64,000 bases of DNA, from assembly GCA_016187485.1 (NCBI GenBank), contig JACPJO010000001.1, positions 6,195 to 70,194 on the forward strand, written 5' to 3'. The translations under genes and the position numbers were made by a program. Source of the stretch: Candidatus Uhrbacteria bacterium. GTDB taxonomy: Bacteria; Patescibacteriota; Patescibacteriia; UBA9934; UBA10169. The notes beneath the pieces are model-generated. The model saw only the letters and a program-made list of their open reading frames with translations. It had not been told where the DNA came from and ran no database searches. Each line of letters starts with the position of its first letter. Position 1 is the first letter of the stretch. Of this stretch, positions 9,151 through 19,538 are shown piece after piece.

Positions 9151-11253
9151 TTATTCCGTTGCGAGCGGGAACTCGTGCAGTCCCGTCGAGGTAGCGACCC
9201 AAATTTTTCCCTCGCGTTCCCATATCCCCCGCGTCTGTGCAAAGGCGGGGTGTTCCCATTGGGCCGTGAGTGTTCCGGAAGATTTTTCGATCATCACGAC
9301 ACGGGCGTTCGCTGCATCCACAAGATAGACATAGTCCGTCTGCTCGGTTGTCCACAGCACCGCGCCACTTCCCAAAGTGGGGTCCAGGGAAGGGGTGTTC
9401 CATGATTCCTCCAAGCCATTTTGATAGCGCACCATTTGTCCGTCAGCCTTCAGCACCCACACGGAGCCGTCAATGGAGAACGACAAGGCGTCCCGCAGGG
9501 GTACGGTGCGCGCCGCAATCCATCCGGACGGGGGGCCGAACCCGTCTCCCACACGGTCATGTTTATAAACCTGCTCGTCTTCCGGCGCCAAGATGTATAC
9601 GCGTCTGGCGTAGTATTCCATGTCTTTTGCTGATGCATGAAGGCCAGAGACAGGAACAATCTCAAACGTTTTTTCGGGAGGATTGAGCCGGCCGACACGG
9701 TATCCATCAAACACATACACCAATCCGTTGAGGTCATCAAAGCGTGTGCGTTGAGGTACTCCAAAGCCCTCAGGGAGTGGAAGCAGGAGAACAAACGAAG
9801 AGATAGCCGCATCAAAGCGATACACGTTCCGGCTTTCGGTGAATGCGTAGGCACTCTGTGCATCAAAGGCGAACAGTACCGCCGTCTCGCCTTCGGGGAG
9901 GCTTCCCAACGTCGTGAGCTCGTCCACAGAGCGCGCGTGCCGGAGCGTCTGTGAAAGCGCCGTCAGCTCCCCCCGCAGAGTCGTTTGTCTTTCTGCACGC
10001 TCCGAAGGCTTTACCGGCATGGTTTCTACCAACGCAAGGGCTTCGCGAATCAGTGTGCGTGCCTGCTCTTCATCCTTGTAGATCAAACTTGCTTGAGCCA
10101 AGTCACGTTTTTGTTCGACCTCTTCCACGAGTGCTTTATAGGAAATACGGCTCCGCTCACGCGAACGCACAATGGAGAATGCACCTATAGCAACGGCGAG
10201 CACAAGCACGAATACCCCGATGGTCCATGCCAAACGGCGATTACCTCTTGGGAGAATACGGACAGAATTCTTTGCTTGGCGCAGTCGCTCGCCTGCACGG
10301 CCACGGAGTGTCCCCCACGCAAATTTTCGATCTCCATGGCGGAGTCTCCCAACCGCAAAGAACGCGTCTTTTATTATGCCCATAAGGAGCATGGCGGCAA
10401 CCGCAAAAGATGCTCCAATGATTTTCCCAAACGTCTTGATGATGCTTCTGGCAACCACGGGCCAATCCTGCCGGCGGGGACGCTGGCTTTCGAGCATGCG
10501 CGTCGTCGTGTCGCGTGTGCGCACCAAGTGGTCCAAAGAAGAGGCTGCATCGTGGATGTCCATGGAGGCGGGGCTTTCTCCTTCCTCGGCGCGTAGAACG
10601 ATACAGCTTATGTCTGCGGAGATGGGGAAGTACTGGCGGATTCTTTCGGCGGAACTTCGCGGGGGAAGAGAGGAGAGGACCTCATGCAAATCTTCGGCGT
10701 CGATCTGCTGGGAGAGTTCTCGGTTGGCGACCAGAAAGGCATCTCCCGGATTCAGTTCTCCGTCGAGTACGACAGAAAATAGTTTTTCCCATGTAGGCTT
10801 ATGGCTCTCGGTTTGAATACTGCGCGACAAGTTAAATACCTTGTAACGCTGATCGGGAGTTTTGTGGAGAAATGTGGCGACCAGGTCTCCGGTGCCGGTA
10901 AGGTACATAGCATCGTCGCCGGCCATGCCAATGATGGCGTAGACATCTTTTGGCGACAGAAGCCATTCGGGCTCCGCCGCCGAGGTGGCTATGCGCTCAT
11001 TGATTCCTTGCACCATTTGTTCAAATCGATGCTGAGTATGGGACCCTACCCCTGTTGTTTGGGCACTGCGTGTAAGGTGCTCTTCAAACAGGTCCCGCAG
11101 AGGGGACGGGTCCTCTTGGGTTGCCCGTAGGTCGAGAAGCCCAAACAAGAACCCCCCCGACCCCTCAAGAGGGAAAAGGAAACTCCACATCCCCTCTTTG
11201 GTGGGATTTTTTGCCTCATTTAGGTAGGTTGCTTTGAGCAAATTCTTTGGCAT
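9151..11253 (-). CDS. Membrane protein with degenerate PP2C-like N-domain and extracellular beta-propeller
   Basis: GELNPGDAFLV in N-domain, central TM, C-terminal repeats (VYILAP, FSIDGSVWVL, VYLVDAANARVV). Confidence 0.6.
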   Translation of the reverse strand: MPKNLLKATYLNEAKNPTKEGMWSFLFPLEGSGGFLFGLLDLRATQEDPSPLRDLFEEHLTRSAQTTGVGSHTQHRFEQMVQGINERIATSAAEPEWLLSPKDVYAIIGMAGDDAMYLTGTGDLVATFLHKTPDQRYKVFNLSRSIQTESHKPTWEKLFSVVLDGELNPGDAFLVANRELSQQIDAEDLHEVLSSLPPRSSAERIRQYFPISADISCIVLRAEEGESPASMDIHDAASSLDHLVRTRDTTTRMLESQRPRRQDWPVVARSIIKTFGKIIGASFAVAAMLLMGIIKDAFFAVGRLRHGDRKFAWGTLRGRAGERLRQAKNSVRILPRGNRRLAWTIGVFVLVLAVAIGAFSIVRSRERSRISYKALVEEVEQKRDLAQASLIYKDEEQARTLIREALALVETMPVKPSERAERQTTLRGELTALSQTLRHARSVDELTTLGSLPEGETAVLFAFDAQSAYAFTESRNVYRFDAAISSFVLLLPLPEGFGVPQRTRFDDLNGLVYVFDGYRVGRLNPPEKTFEIVPVSGLHASAKDMEYYARRVYILAPEDEQVYKHDRVGDGFGPPSGWIAARTVPLRDALSFSIDGSVWVLKADGQMVRYQNGLEESWNTPSLDPTLGSGAVLWTTEQTDYVYLVDAANARVVMIEKSSGTLTAQWEHPAFAQTRGIWEREGKIWVATSTGLHEFPLATE

Positions 11254-11338
11254 ACCAGGTCCCGATTGCGTGGTCACAGAAGCTTGTGTACCATTATACC
11301 TGACGACTATGGGTGTGCAAGCAAAGCATTCATCCACA

Positions 11339-11950
11339 ATGGGGACACAACACGCTTTTCGGCTTGAACAGCTTTTTGGTTCAAAAACACGGGCACGGTT
11401 GCTCGGCGTTTTCTTGAATAATGCGGACAAAAGGTTCTTTGTCCGCGAGTTAACCAGGAAAATTGATGCCCAGCTTAACTCTGTGCGCCGAGAGATTCAG
11501 AATCTTGTCGAGCTCGGGCTTGTTAAAGAGAGTGGACAAGATCAAAACGGGAAGAAGACAAGCGAGAACAAAAAGTTTTTTCAAGCAAACGCGGACTCCC
11601 TTTTGTACCACGATCTGCGTGCGCTTTTGCAGAAGGTACAGGTGCTTCTCAAGAAGAATTTGGTATCTGAGATTGATCAAAAAGGAAAACTTTTGTATGT
11701 CGCACTTACGGGAAAGTTTGTTCAAGAGCCCGATGTGCCCGTGGACTTGATCGTTGTCGGTACGATGGACCAGAAGGATTTACAGGGAATTGTCCGTCGT
11801 TTTGAGCAAGAGCTTGGGGAAGAGGTGAATTATACTTTCATGCCGAAAGATGAGTATATGTATCGGAAACAAATTACGGATAAGTTTCTCTCCTCCATTT
11901 TGGATGCCAACAAAATTGTCATGATTGATCGTTTGGCAGACGCGTTATGA
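11339..11950 (+). CDS. Winged-HTH plus minimal nucleotidyltransferase-like protein
   Basis: LFGSKTRARLL...FVRELTR...NSVRREIQNL; VDLIVVG. Confidence 0.8.
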   Translation: MGTQHAFRLEQLFGSKTRARLLGVFLNNADKRFFVRELTRKIDAQLNSVRREIQNLVELGLVKESGQDQNGKKTSENKKFFQANADSLLYHDLRALLQKVQVLLKKNLVSEIDQKGKLLYVALTGKFVQEPDVPVDLIVVGTMDQKDLQGIVRRFEQELGEEVNYTFMPKDEYMYRKQITDKFLSSILDANKIVMIDRLADAL

Positions 11951-12309
11951 CGATGTTAAAAAGAAGGCTCTTTTTTTCGCCTGTGGATATTGCGTATATC
12001 CGTCTTGGACTGTGGGGGAACGGCGTGACAGAGGAAGAAGAGCGTCTTGAGGTGGCCCCAGAGCGGCAACTGGCGGCGATAGAGGAGTATCGAGCGCGGA
12101 GGGGGTTATCTTGGGATGATATCGACGGGCTTGTCGTAGAAACAGGACCGGGGTCGCCTACCGCATTGCGCACCGGCATAGCTATTGCCAATACGTTAGG
12201 CTTTGCTCTCGGTATTCCTCTTTTTGATGCACGAAGTCCGATGGTGGCTCGGGAGTCTTTGGTACCTGAATATGGGCGCGAGCCCAATATCACTATTCCG
12301 AAGTCCTGA
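11947..12309 (+). CDS. tsaB: Short TsaB-like t6A biosynthesis protein
   Basis: IDGLVVETGPGSPTALRTGIAIANTLGFALGIPL; PEYGREPNIT tail. Confidence 0.75.
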   Translation: MTMLKRRLFFSPVDIAYIRLGLWGNGVTEEEERLEVAPERQLAAIEEYRARRGLSWDDIDGLVVETGPGSPTALRTGIAIANTLGFALGIPLFDARSPMVARESLVPEYGREPNITIPKS

Positions 12310-12386
12310 AAATGCGGTGTGGATAAATTTGCTGTTCAATCCTCTAAAACCCGGTATGATGAATGAAATTTCTAATTTTTCTCATT

Positions 12387-13070
12387 ATGCCATACGAATC
12401 CATTAGTATCGTCCAAACCGCGTTTGCGGACCTTTGGGCGTCGTTGCTGCTCTTCTTGCCGCGTTTTGTAGGTGCTGTCGTTGTCCTCATCGTCGGCATT
12501 TTTATTGCCAAGCTTTTGCAGAGCTTGGTGGTGAAGGTGTTGGATCTCTTGAAGATTGATGAATTAGCCACAAAGCTTGAAGTGAAGAAATTTTTTGCAC
12601 AGGCGGGCATGTCTTTGCATGTAGGACGCCTGCTTGGGTGGATTGTGAAATGGTTTTTCATTGTCGTCTTTCTCGTGGCGGCGGCTGATATCTTGCAGTG
12701 GAGCGAGGTGACCGGATTCTTGCGTGATGTTGTCGTCTATCTGCCGAACGTCTTGATTGCCGTGGTTATTCTTCTTGTGGGAGTGTTGCTTGCCACGTTT
12801 GTGCATCGCGTCGTACGCACGGCGGTGGAGGCGGCGAATATCACCGCGGCGGCATTTCTTGCCGGGCTTTCTAAGTGGGCTATTCTTATCTTTAGTTTCA
12901 TGGCGGCTCTCGTGCAGCTTGGCATTGCGCAGGACCTCATTAAGGTTCTCTTCACGGGACTTGTCGCTATGCTGGCGCTTTCGGGCGGTCTTGCCTTCGG
13001 TCTTGGTGGCCGTGATCACGCGACGCGCTTCTTGAATCGTTTGCACCGAGACATCTCCTCTGACCGGTAG
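12387..13070 (+). CDS. TM-helix repeat protein (CmpX/MscS N-terminal-like)
   Basis: FLPRFVGAVVVLIVG and YLPNVLIAVVILLVG repeats; GLAFGLGGRD. Confidence 0.85.
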   Translation: MPYESISIVQTAFADLWASLLLFLPRFVGAVVVLIVGIFIAKLLQSLVVKVLDLLKIDELATKLEVKKFFAQAGMSLHVGRLLGWIVKWFFIVVFLVAAADILQWSEVTGFLRDVVVYLPNVLIAVVILLVGVLLATFVHRVVRTAVEAANITAAAFLAGLSKWAILIFSFMAALVQLGIAQDLIKVLFTGLVAMLALSGGLAFGLGGRDHATRFLNRLHRDISSDR

Positions 13071-13165
13071 GGGTGCTCTTGTGGATGGGGTGGCGCAGCG
13101 GTTACACGGCGCCCCCCGTGTCGCTTGAAGTTTCTTCTCTAATCCGCTACGATCCGGCCTAGATT

Positions 13166-14644
13166 ATGGCCCATTATGGTCAATATCGAGGCCTTGAAAT
13201 GCTCCCCGGGCTTATTGTCTGGGGATCATTTGCTTTAGCCGTCCTTCTTTCTTTTTTCGCCCCGCTTGTCGCTGTCGTCTGCATTATCACTTTTGATCTG
13301 TACTGGTTGTTCCGCGTTCTTTACTTTATTGTCTATCTTCTGGCTTCGTGGCGACGTTACCGCTATACAGAGCGCGTAGATTGGCGTAAAGAAGTGGAAA
13401 AGATTCCCGGGTGGGAGTCGCTCTGGCACATGGTCTTTCTCCCGATTTACGGTGAGGATGTCAGCATTGTCCGCCGCACTCTCAAGGCCATTCGAGAGAC
13501 AGACTGGCCAAAGGATCGCATGGTTATCGTGCTTGCGGGGGAAGGCCGCGAAGAGGCGAGAATCCGCGGCGTTTTTCATCAGCTGGAAAAGGAATTCGGC
13601 GGTGTCTTCCGTAAACTTTTTTTCACCATTCACCCCACGGGTCTTCCCGATGAAATTCCGGGGAAAGGTTCTAACTTAAATTGGTCGGGACATCGAGCAC
13701 AAGAAATGCTCGAGAAAGAATTTCCCGATGTTGCTCCCGAGCATATTCTTGTGAGTGCGCTTGACGTAGACACCCTTGTGCCACCCGTCTACTTTTCTTA
13801 TCTGGCGCATCGTTTCCTTACAACTCCCGATGGACTTCACTCCAGCTACCAGCCGCTTACGCTCTTCACAAACAATATTTGGCACGCGACGGCGCCGGTT
13901 CGTGTAGCCGCTTTCGGCACGACGTTTTGGTTATTGACCGAGCTCTCCCGCCCCGACCGGCTTTGGACGTTCTCTTCGCATTCCATGCCGTGGAAAATGC
14001 TTCTGGATGTTGGGTTTTGGCAGAAAGACATTGTGTCGGAAGACTCGCGCATTTTTTTGCAGGGGTTGATTCGCTATCATGGGAACTATCGTGTTACCCC
14101 GCTCTATATAGGGGTGAGCATGGATACGGTGACGGGGGCGACGTATCTTGAGAGCTTGCGCAACTTGTATCGCCAACAGCGCCGGTGGGCGTGGGGGGTT
14201 GAGCATCTTATGGAGATGGTCGAAGCGTTTCGGCGCGATCCACTGTTCCCGCGGTGGCGGAAACTTCGTTACCTCTTCTTTCACATGGAAGGCATGTACA
14301 CGTGGGCGACAGCTCCGGTACTCATTTTCCTTATGGGGTGGCTCCCGCTCCTTTTGGCGCGCCAAGACCCCACGCTGCTGGTCCAAGCCGCTCCGGGAAC
14401 ATTGGCGCTCATTATGCGTTTTGCTACCCTCGGCGTGATACTCACCGCAATCCTTTCTATGATCGTACTTCCGTCACGGCCGCGCACGGTGGGATGGTGG
14501 GGGTGGGTGGTTATGTTGCTTCAGTGGATCCTTTTGCCGGTGACCTTTATGATTTTCGGGGCGTTTCCCGCGATTGATGCACAGACGCGGCTGATGTGTG
14601 GTCGCTACCTCGGCTTTCAGGTAACGAAAAAACAACGCCTATGA
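13166..14644 (+). CDS. Processive membrane GT2 glycosyltransferase
   Basis: GKGSN, LDVD, VSED, QQRRWAWG; flanking TMs. Confidence 0.9.
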   Translation: MAHYGQYRGLEMLPGLIVWGSFALAVLLSFFAPLVAVVCIITFDLYWLFRVLYFIVYLLASWRRYRYTERVDWRKEVEKIPGWESLWHMVFLPIYGEDVSIVRRTLKAIRETDWPKDRMVIVLAGEGREEARIRGVFHQLEKEFGGVFRKLFFTIHPTGLPDEIPGKGSNLNWSGHRAQEMLEKEFPDVAPEHILVSALDVDTLVPPVYFSYLAHRFLTTPDGLHSSYQPLTLFTNNIWHATAPVRVAAFGTTFWLLTELSRPDRLWTFSSHSMPWKMLLDVGFWQKDIVSEDSRIFLQGLIRYHGNYRVTPLYIGVSMDTVTGATYLESLRNLYRQQRRWAWGVEHLMEMVEAFRRDPLFPRWRKLRYLFFHMEGMYTWATAPVLIFLMGWLPLLLARQDPTLLVQAAPGTLALIMRFATLGVILTAILSMIVLPSRPRTVGWWGWVVMLLQWILLPVTFMIFGAFPAIDAQTRLMCGRYLGFQVTKKQRL

Positions 14645-15690
14645 AACCCCTCGTTGCGTTTCATGTCGTCACGTGGAATGGGGAGCGTTACATTCCCGAA
14701 CTCTTGGATTCTCTCCGTACACAAACGTTGGCTCCCACGACGGTACGATTCGTAGACAATGCTTCAACGGATCGCACACGGTCTCTTCTTGAGGCATACG
14801 GGGGAGGAGCGACGATGATTCGCCATATTCGCAATCTTGGATTTGCGGGAGGCCACAATCAGGCTTTCCGTCTCTTCCTTGATAAGCTAGGCGAACAAGA
14901 TCCGACGCACGTCTATGTCGCCGTCGTGAATCAAGATGTTATTCTCACTCCCACAACTCTGGAGAAACTCGTGGAAGCGATGGAGGCACATCCCCACGTG
15001 GGAAGTGTTCAGCCGAAACTTCTTCGCGCATATATCGAGCACGCCGGGGATGACGTATTTGCCCACACGGTGTGTGCGGAAAGAATTGATTCGACGGGCA
15101 TAAAGGCGACACACGGTCGGGAGTTTTTCGATCGCGGTGCAGGTGCGCTTGACGAAGGGCAGTTTGATGAAAAGCGCGAGATTTTTGGACCCACGGGAGC
15201 GTGCGCGCTTTATCGAGCCCGTGCGCTGCTTGACGTGCGTGTGGACGAGACGGTGTTTGATCCGACCTTCTTCATGTACCGGGAGGATGTGGATCTGGCT
15301 TGGCGGCTTCAGTGGGCGGGGTGGGACAGCCTGTTCGTGCCAGAGGCGGTTGCCTATCACCATCGCGGGCTTTTTGCTCCAGCATCTTCCGGATGGCTGG
15401 AGCGCATTGCGCGCCGACGCGCAAAACATCGTCGTCTTGCTGCCTACTCGACCCGTAACCTCTTCCTCTCCATCCTCAAGAACGAGTCGTTTCTTAATAT
15501 GATTCTGGCTTGGCCGTGGATACTTTTTATGGTTCTTCGGCAGGTTCTGTACTCGCTGTTCTTTGAACCGTGGGTGTGTGTGGAGCTTTGCTTGTCGACG
15601 CGGCTCCTCCCGCATGTTGTGCGTATGCGCAGAGCCACATTCCGTTCTGCTAAACGCCGGTCTTCGGCCCTGCGCCGCCTGTTTCGATAG
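14641..15690 (+). CDS. GT2 glycosyltransferase
   Basis: VDNASTD, NLGFAGGHN, NQDV, FFMYREDVDLAWR. Confidence 0.92.
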   Translation: MKPLVAFHVVTWNGERYIPELLDSLRTQTLAPTTVRFVDNASTDRTRSLLEAYGGGATMIRHIRNLGFAGGHNQAFRLFLDKLGEQDPTHVYVAVVNQDVILTPTTLEKLVEAMEAHPHVGSVQPKLLRAYIEHAGDDVFAHTVCAERIDSTGIKATHGREFFDRGAGALDEGQFDEKREIFGPTGACALYRARALLDVRVDETVFDPTFFMYREDVDLAWRLQWAGWDSLFVPEAVAYHHRGLFAPASSGWLERIARRRAKHRRLAAYSTRNLFLSILKNESFLNMILAWPWILFMVLRQVLYSLFFEPWVCVELCLSTRLLPHVVRMRRATFRSAKRRSSALRRLFR

Positions 15691-15696
15691 CTTTCT

Positions 15697-16500
15697 ATGG
15701 ACGCGACGATTCAAATTGTCCACTACCATTCGCTTGGGCTTTTGCGCGAGACCCTGCGAAGTCTCCGGCGTGCCGTCCCACGGCTTACGTATGAAGTGAT
15801 CGTGGTGGATAATAATCCGCGGCAACGCCTCCCTGCGTCATTTGCCGAGGAGTTTCCGGAAGCGCGCGTGCTCGCTGCTTCGCGCCATTTAGGTTTCGGA
15901 GGCGGGCACAACTTTGCGTCAAAGAAAGCGAACGGAGACTTTCTCATTATTCTCAATCCTGACATCATGGTGGTCCAGGGATCGTTGGAAGAACTTCTCA
16001 AGTACGCAAAATCGCATCCAGAAGCCGGGCTTGTCGCTCCGCGTCTGCATTTTCCCAATGGACACATCCAATATTCGTGTTTTCGTTTCCGCCATACGGG
16101 CCTTAAGCTTCTTGGCCGCACCCCGTTTGCAAATCTTCCGTGGGTGAAGAAACGCATGGACTTTCACCGCATGCTTGATGTGTCGCATGACGAGACGATG
16201 AGTGTGGATTGGGTTCTCGGCGCCTGTTTATGCGTGCCGCGGGATTTGTGGAATCGTCTTGGGGGGTTTGACGAGCGCTTTCTTCTGTATTTTGAAGAGG
16301 TGGATTTTTGCCGGCGCGTGTGGCACATGGGCCGCCATGTCGTCTATCATCCCTTGTCTGTTATGCTACACTATTATCAACGCGAGGGGTCGGGCGGATC
16401 CTTCTTTTCCCAATTGTGCTCGCGCGCCAACTGGATCCACTTGGCGAGTTGGGCGAAGTATCTCCATAAATATTTTCGGACGAAATCGCCATGTCGGTAG
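15697..16500 (+). CDS. GT2 glycosyltransferase (WbbL-like)
   Basis: VIVVDN, LGFGGGHN, LNPD, GGFDERFLLYFEEVDFCRR. Confidence 0.92.
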   Translation: MDATIQIVHYHSLGLLRETLRSLRRAVPRLTYEVIVVDNNPRQRLPASFAEEFPEARVLAASRHLGFGGGHNFASKKANGDFLIILNPDIMVVQGSLEELLKYAKSHPEAGLVAPRLHFPNGHIQYSCFRFRHTGLKLLGRTPFANLPWVKKRMDFHRMLDVSHDETMSVDWVLGACLCVPRDLWNRLGGFDERFLLYFEEVDFCRRVWHMGRHVVYHPLSVMLHYYQREGSGGSFFSQLCSRANWIHLASWAKYLHKYFRTKSPCR

Positions 16501-18542
16501 ATTTTTCTTCTTCGACGCCTGTGTCCGCTATGCACGAGGCATCAAACCTGCCGCACCGCCGGCGTGTTCCCACGTGGGTGCCGATGGCGCTCGTTGTATT
16601 TGTCGGCGTGCTCGTAGGCGGCGCACTTATTCTTGTAAGTGTGACGGGCAACGCGGTTCTTGATGGACGCGATGCCTGGGCGCGCGCCCGCACCGCTTTT
16701 GAAAACGCAGACATTCTTCGGGCGCAGGAAGAGTTGTCGCATGCCAAAAAGTCTTTCGACCGGGCGTATGGGGCAAGCCGATTTCTCTCCCCGCTTGCGT
16801 ATCTCCCCCTGGTCGGGGATTCCGTCCGTCCGCTTCGCGTGATGATAAAGACGGGGGCCGATGTATCTGGCGTGTTTGCGGACGCTCTTGGGGAAATCCT
16901 TGAAGTCTTTCGTCTTGTCCCTGAAGCGAAGGATCTCTGGCCGTGGCAGGGACGCGTGGGAAGCCTTCTTGCCCTGTGGCCGGACATTGATGAGGCCACG
17001 CGCGGGCTTCTTCTTTCACGCTTGCGTGCTCTCGTGCCGTCGCTTGAGCTTGCGAAGGCCGACATCGCTGTGGTCAAACGCATTTTTGAAGAAGAGACGA
17101 CTCCTCTTTTTTTAGGGCCGCTTGAAAATTCCAAAGAGAAGCTCGCAGAGGCTATCGAGACGCTTTCGTCTGTCCTCGAAGAGGCGGTGGGATGGGCGGC
17201 GATTGGGCCTGAATTGGCGGGGGCAGACGGAGAGAGCCGTGTGCTTATTTTTCTCCTTAACAATTCTGAACTGCGGCCGGGCGGGGGCTTCATGGGGTCG
17301 TTTGCGGTGGCGACATTGCGTGCGGGTCTTTTGACGGAGCTTCAACATTTTGACGTGATGGCGCTCGATGGCGCCGCGACTCCCGTATGGAACGCGGCTC
17401 CCCCAGGCCCGCTTGCGGAGTATCTCGGCGTTCCTGCATGGTATCTCCGCGATGCGAACTGGTCGCCGGACGTACCGACATCGTTTGCGAAAGCTCTGGC
17501 GTTTTATATGGGTGAACAGAATGCGGGCGGGGCGCGCGCCGTATCTATTCCGACCGGCCCCTTTACCGCCGTGCTTGGCGTGACGGTGACGTTTGCGCAG
17601 GATCTTCTGCGCGTCGTGGGTCCTGTGACGGTGGAAGGGGAAACCTTTACCGCCGAGAATATTCCGGAAGATTTGAATGAATCGGTGGAGTTTGGCTTTG
17701 TGTCTCGCGGACAAACACCGGCAGAACGAAAGAATATTATTGGGAGCATGCTTCGGGAAGTGGCTGATCGCGTGGCGGAGCTTTCCCCGGACGGATGGAA
17801 TTACGTCTTGTCTGTAGCAAAAGAACGGGTGGCGCAAAAGCACCTTATGCTTTACAGCGAAGACGCAAAGCGTCAAGATTTGTTTGCACGTTATGGATTG
17901 ACGGGAACCCTTTCTCCACCGGCAGTGGGCGAAGACGCGCTTATGGTGGTAGATGCGAACCTGGCGGCGCTCAAGACCGATCCGGCGATTGAGCGGCACC
18001 TTACCTACACGATCGAACCTCAACCGAACGGGGAGATACATGCAATCGCGCGCATGCAATATCGCCATACGCAAACGTTCTCAAAAACCATCACGCGGTA
18101 CCGGACATTCACGAGGTTTTATGTGCCTGCGGGATCAGAGCTTGTGCAGGTCGAGGGGTCTTTGCGTGACGATAAGCTGAAAAACCCCGGTGGCACGCCC
18201 GATACGCCAGAGATTTCCGACGAGCTAGGGTATCGCGTCTTTGGTTTCTTCACCTCCGTTGAACCTCTCTCCGAGAAAGTGCTGACTGTCCGCTATAAAC
18301 TTCCCGCGCCTCTCGTGGAGCGTATGGAGAAAGGAGAAGGTTACCGTTTGTCTGTGTTAAAGCAGCCAGGTACTCCGACGTATGGTTTGACGCTCGACCT
18401 TTCCTTTGATACAACGCTCGTGCATGCTAACCCACCAGAGGAGCAGGGGGAGTGGGGTGATCGGCGTTATCGCCTGAACACAAATGTAGATCAAGATCGT
18501 GCCTATGTCGTGGAGCTTTCTGCCAAAGAAGATCGGGATTGA
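16491..18542 (+). CDS. DUF4012 domain membrane-anchored protein
   Basis: LNNSELRPGGGFMGS, LRDANWSPD, KQPGT. Confidence 0.88.
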   Translation: MSVDFSSSTPVSAMHEASNLPHRRRVPTWVPMALVVFVGVLVGGALILVSVTGNAVLDGRDAWARARTAFENADILRAQEELSHAKKSFDRAYGASRFLSPLAYLPLVGDSVRPLRVMIKTGADVSGVFADALGEILEVFRLVPEAKDLWPWQGRVGSLLALWPDIDEATRGLLLSRLRALVPSLELAKADIAVVKRIFEEETTPLFLGPLENSKEKLAEAIETLSSVLEEAVGWAAIGPELAGADGESRVLIFLLNNSELRPGGGFMGSFAVATLRAGLLTELQHFDVMALDGAATPVWNAAPPGPLAEYLGVPAWYLRDANWSPDVPTSFAKALAFYMGEQNAGGARAVSIPTGPFTAVLGVTVTFAQDLLRVVGPVTVEGETFTAENIPEDLNESVEFGFVSRGQTPAERKNIIGSMLREVADRVAELSPDGWNYVLSVAKERVAQKHLMLYSEDAKRQDLFARYGLTGTLSPPAVGEDALMVVDANLAALKTDPAIERHLTYTIEPQPNGEIHAIARMQYRHTQTFSKTITRYRTFTRFYVPAGSELVQVEGSLRDDKLKNPGGTPDTPEISDELGYRVFGFFTSVEPLSEKVLTVRYKLPAPLVERMEKGEGYRLSVLKQPGTPTYGLTLDLSFDTTLVHANPPEEQGEWGDRRYRLNTNVDQDRAYVVELSAKEDRD

Positions 18543-19521
18543 CCTTGGAACAACCACGGTGCTTGTGTATGTCCCGCGCCGTGGCATTATCATTCAGGAA
18601 CCGTCCGTTGTCGCGATCTCCCTTATTGATAAGAAGGTTCTTGCAGTGGGGAAAGAGGCAAAAGATATGTTGGGCCGTACACCCGATACGATTGTCGCGC
18701 GCCGGCCGCTCAAGGACGGTGTTATTGCCGATTATCGGATCACGGAGGCCATGCTTCGGTACTTCATTAACAAGGCGATCGGCGGATTCCGCTTGTTTCG
18801 CCCCGAAGTAATGGTGGCAGTACCGGGCGGGATTACGTCAACGGAACGGCGTGCCGTGATTGACGCCACACGCGCGGCCGGCGCACGCGAGGCCTATGTG
18901 ATCTCCGAGCCGATTGTTGCGGCCATTGGGGCGAACATTCCCATTGGATCACCATCTGGCCACATGATGATTGATATTGGCGGCGGCACGGCCGAGATGG
19001 CGGTGATCTCGCTTGGCGGTATCGTGGCCTCGGAGTCTGTGCGTATCGGCGGCGTGAAGTTTGATATGGCTATTATGGATTATATCCGCCGAAAATACGG
19101 GCTTGCGGTGGGGGAGCGAACGGCGGAGGACATCAAAATTCAAATTGGTTCGGCGGTGTTTTTGCAGGATAAGCTTTCTATGGAGGTAAAGGGCCGTGAC
19201 ATGATTACCGGTCTTCCAAAAATTGTGGAGGTTACGAGCGATGATGTTACGTCGGCGATACAGCCGGAGCTTGAGGGGATTATTGCGGCAGTGAAAGAAG
19301 TGCTTCACAAGACGCCCCCAGAGCTTTCTGCTGATGTCATGGATAAAGGCATCACACTTTCCGGCGGCTCCTCACAATTGCGTAATCTTGATCAGCTCAT
19401 TGCACAGGCAACGGGCGTGCCGACCTATGTAGCGGACGATCCGCAGCAATGCGTGGCAAAAGGAACGGGTGTTGCTCTAGAAAATCTTGATGCGTACAAA
19501 CGCAGCGTCTTTACTCATTAG
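18505..19521 (+). CDS. mreB: Rod shape-determining protein MreB
   Basis: IGIDLGT, RPLKDGVIAD, IDIGGGT, IGxxTAE-like VGERTAE, TPPELSAD. Confidence 0.97.
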   Translation: MSWSFLPKKIGIDLGTTTVLVYVPRRGIIIQEPSVVAISLIDKKVLAVGKEAKDMLGRTPDTIVARRPLKDGVIADYRITEAMLRYFINKAIGGFRLFRPEVMVAVPGGITSTERRAVIDATRAAGAREAYVISEPIVAAIGANIPIGSPSGHMMIDIGGGTAEMAVISLGGIVASESVRIGGVKFDMAIMDYIRRKYGLAVGERTAEDIKIQIGSAVFLQDKLSMEVKGRDMITGLPKIVEVTSDDVTSAIQPELEGIIAAVKEVLHKTPPELSADVMDKGITLSGGSSQLRNLDQLIAQATGVPTYVADDPQQCVAKGTGVALENLDAYKRSVFTH

Positions 19522-19538
19522 GGTACTTTTGGAGGAGT

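Noticed and set aside
12318-12326. Replication origin
   Set aside because: Single DnaA box, with no cluster, AT-rich unwinding element or dnaA gene.
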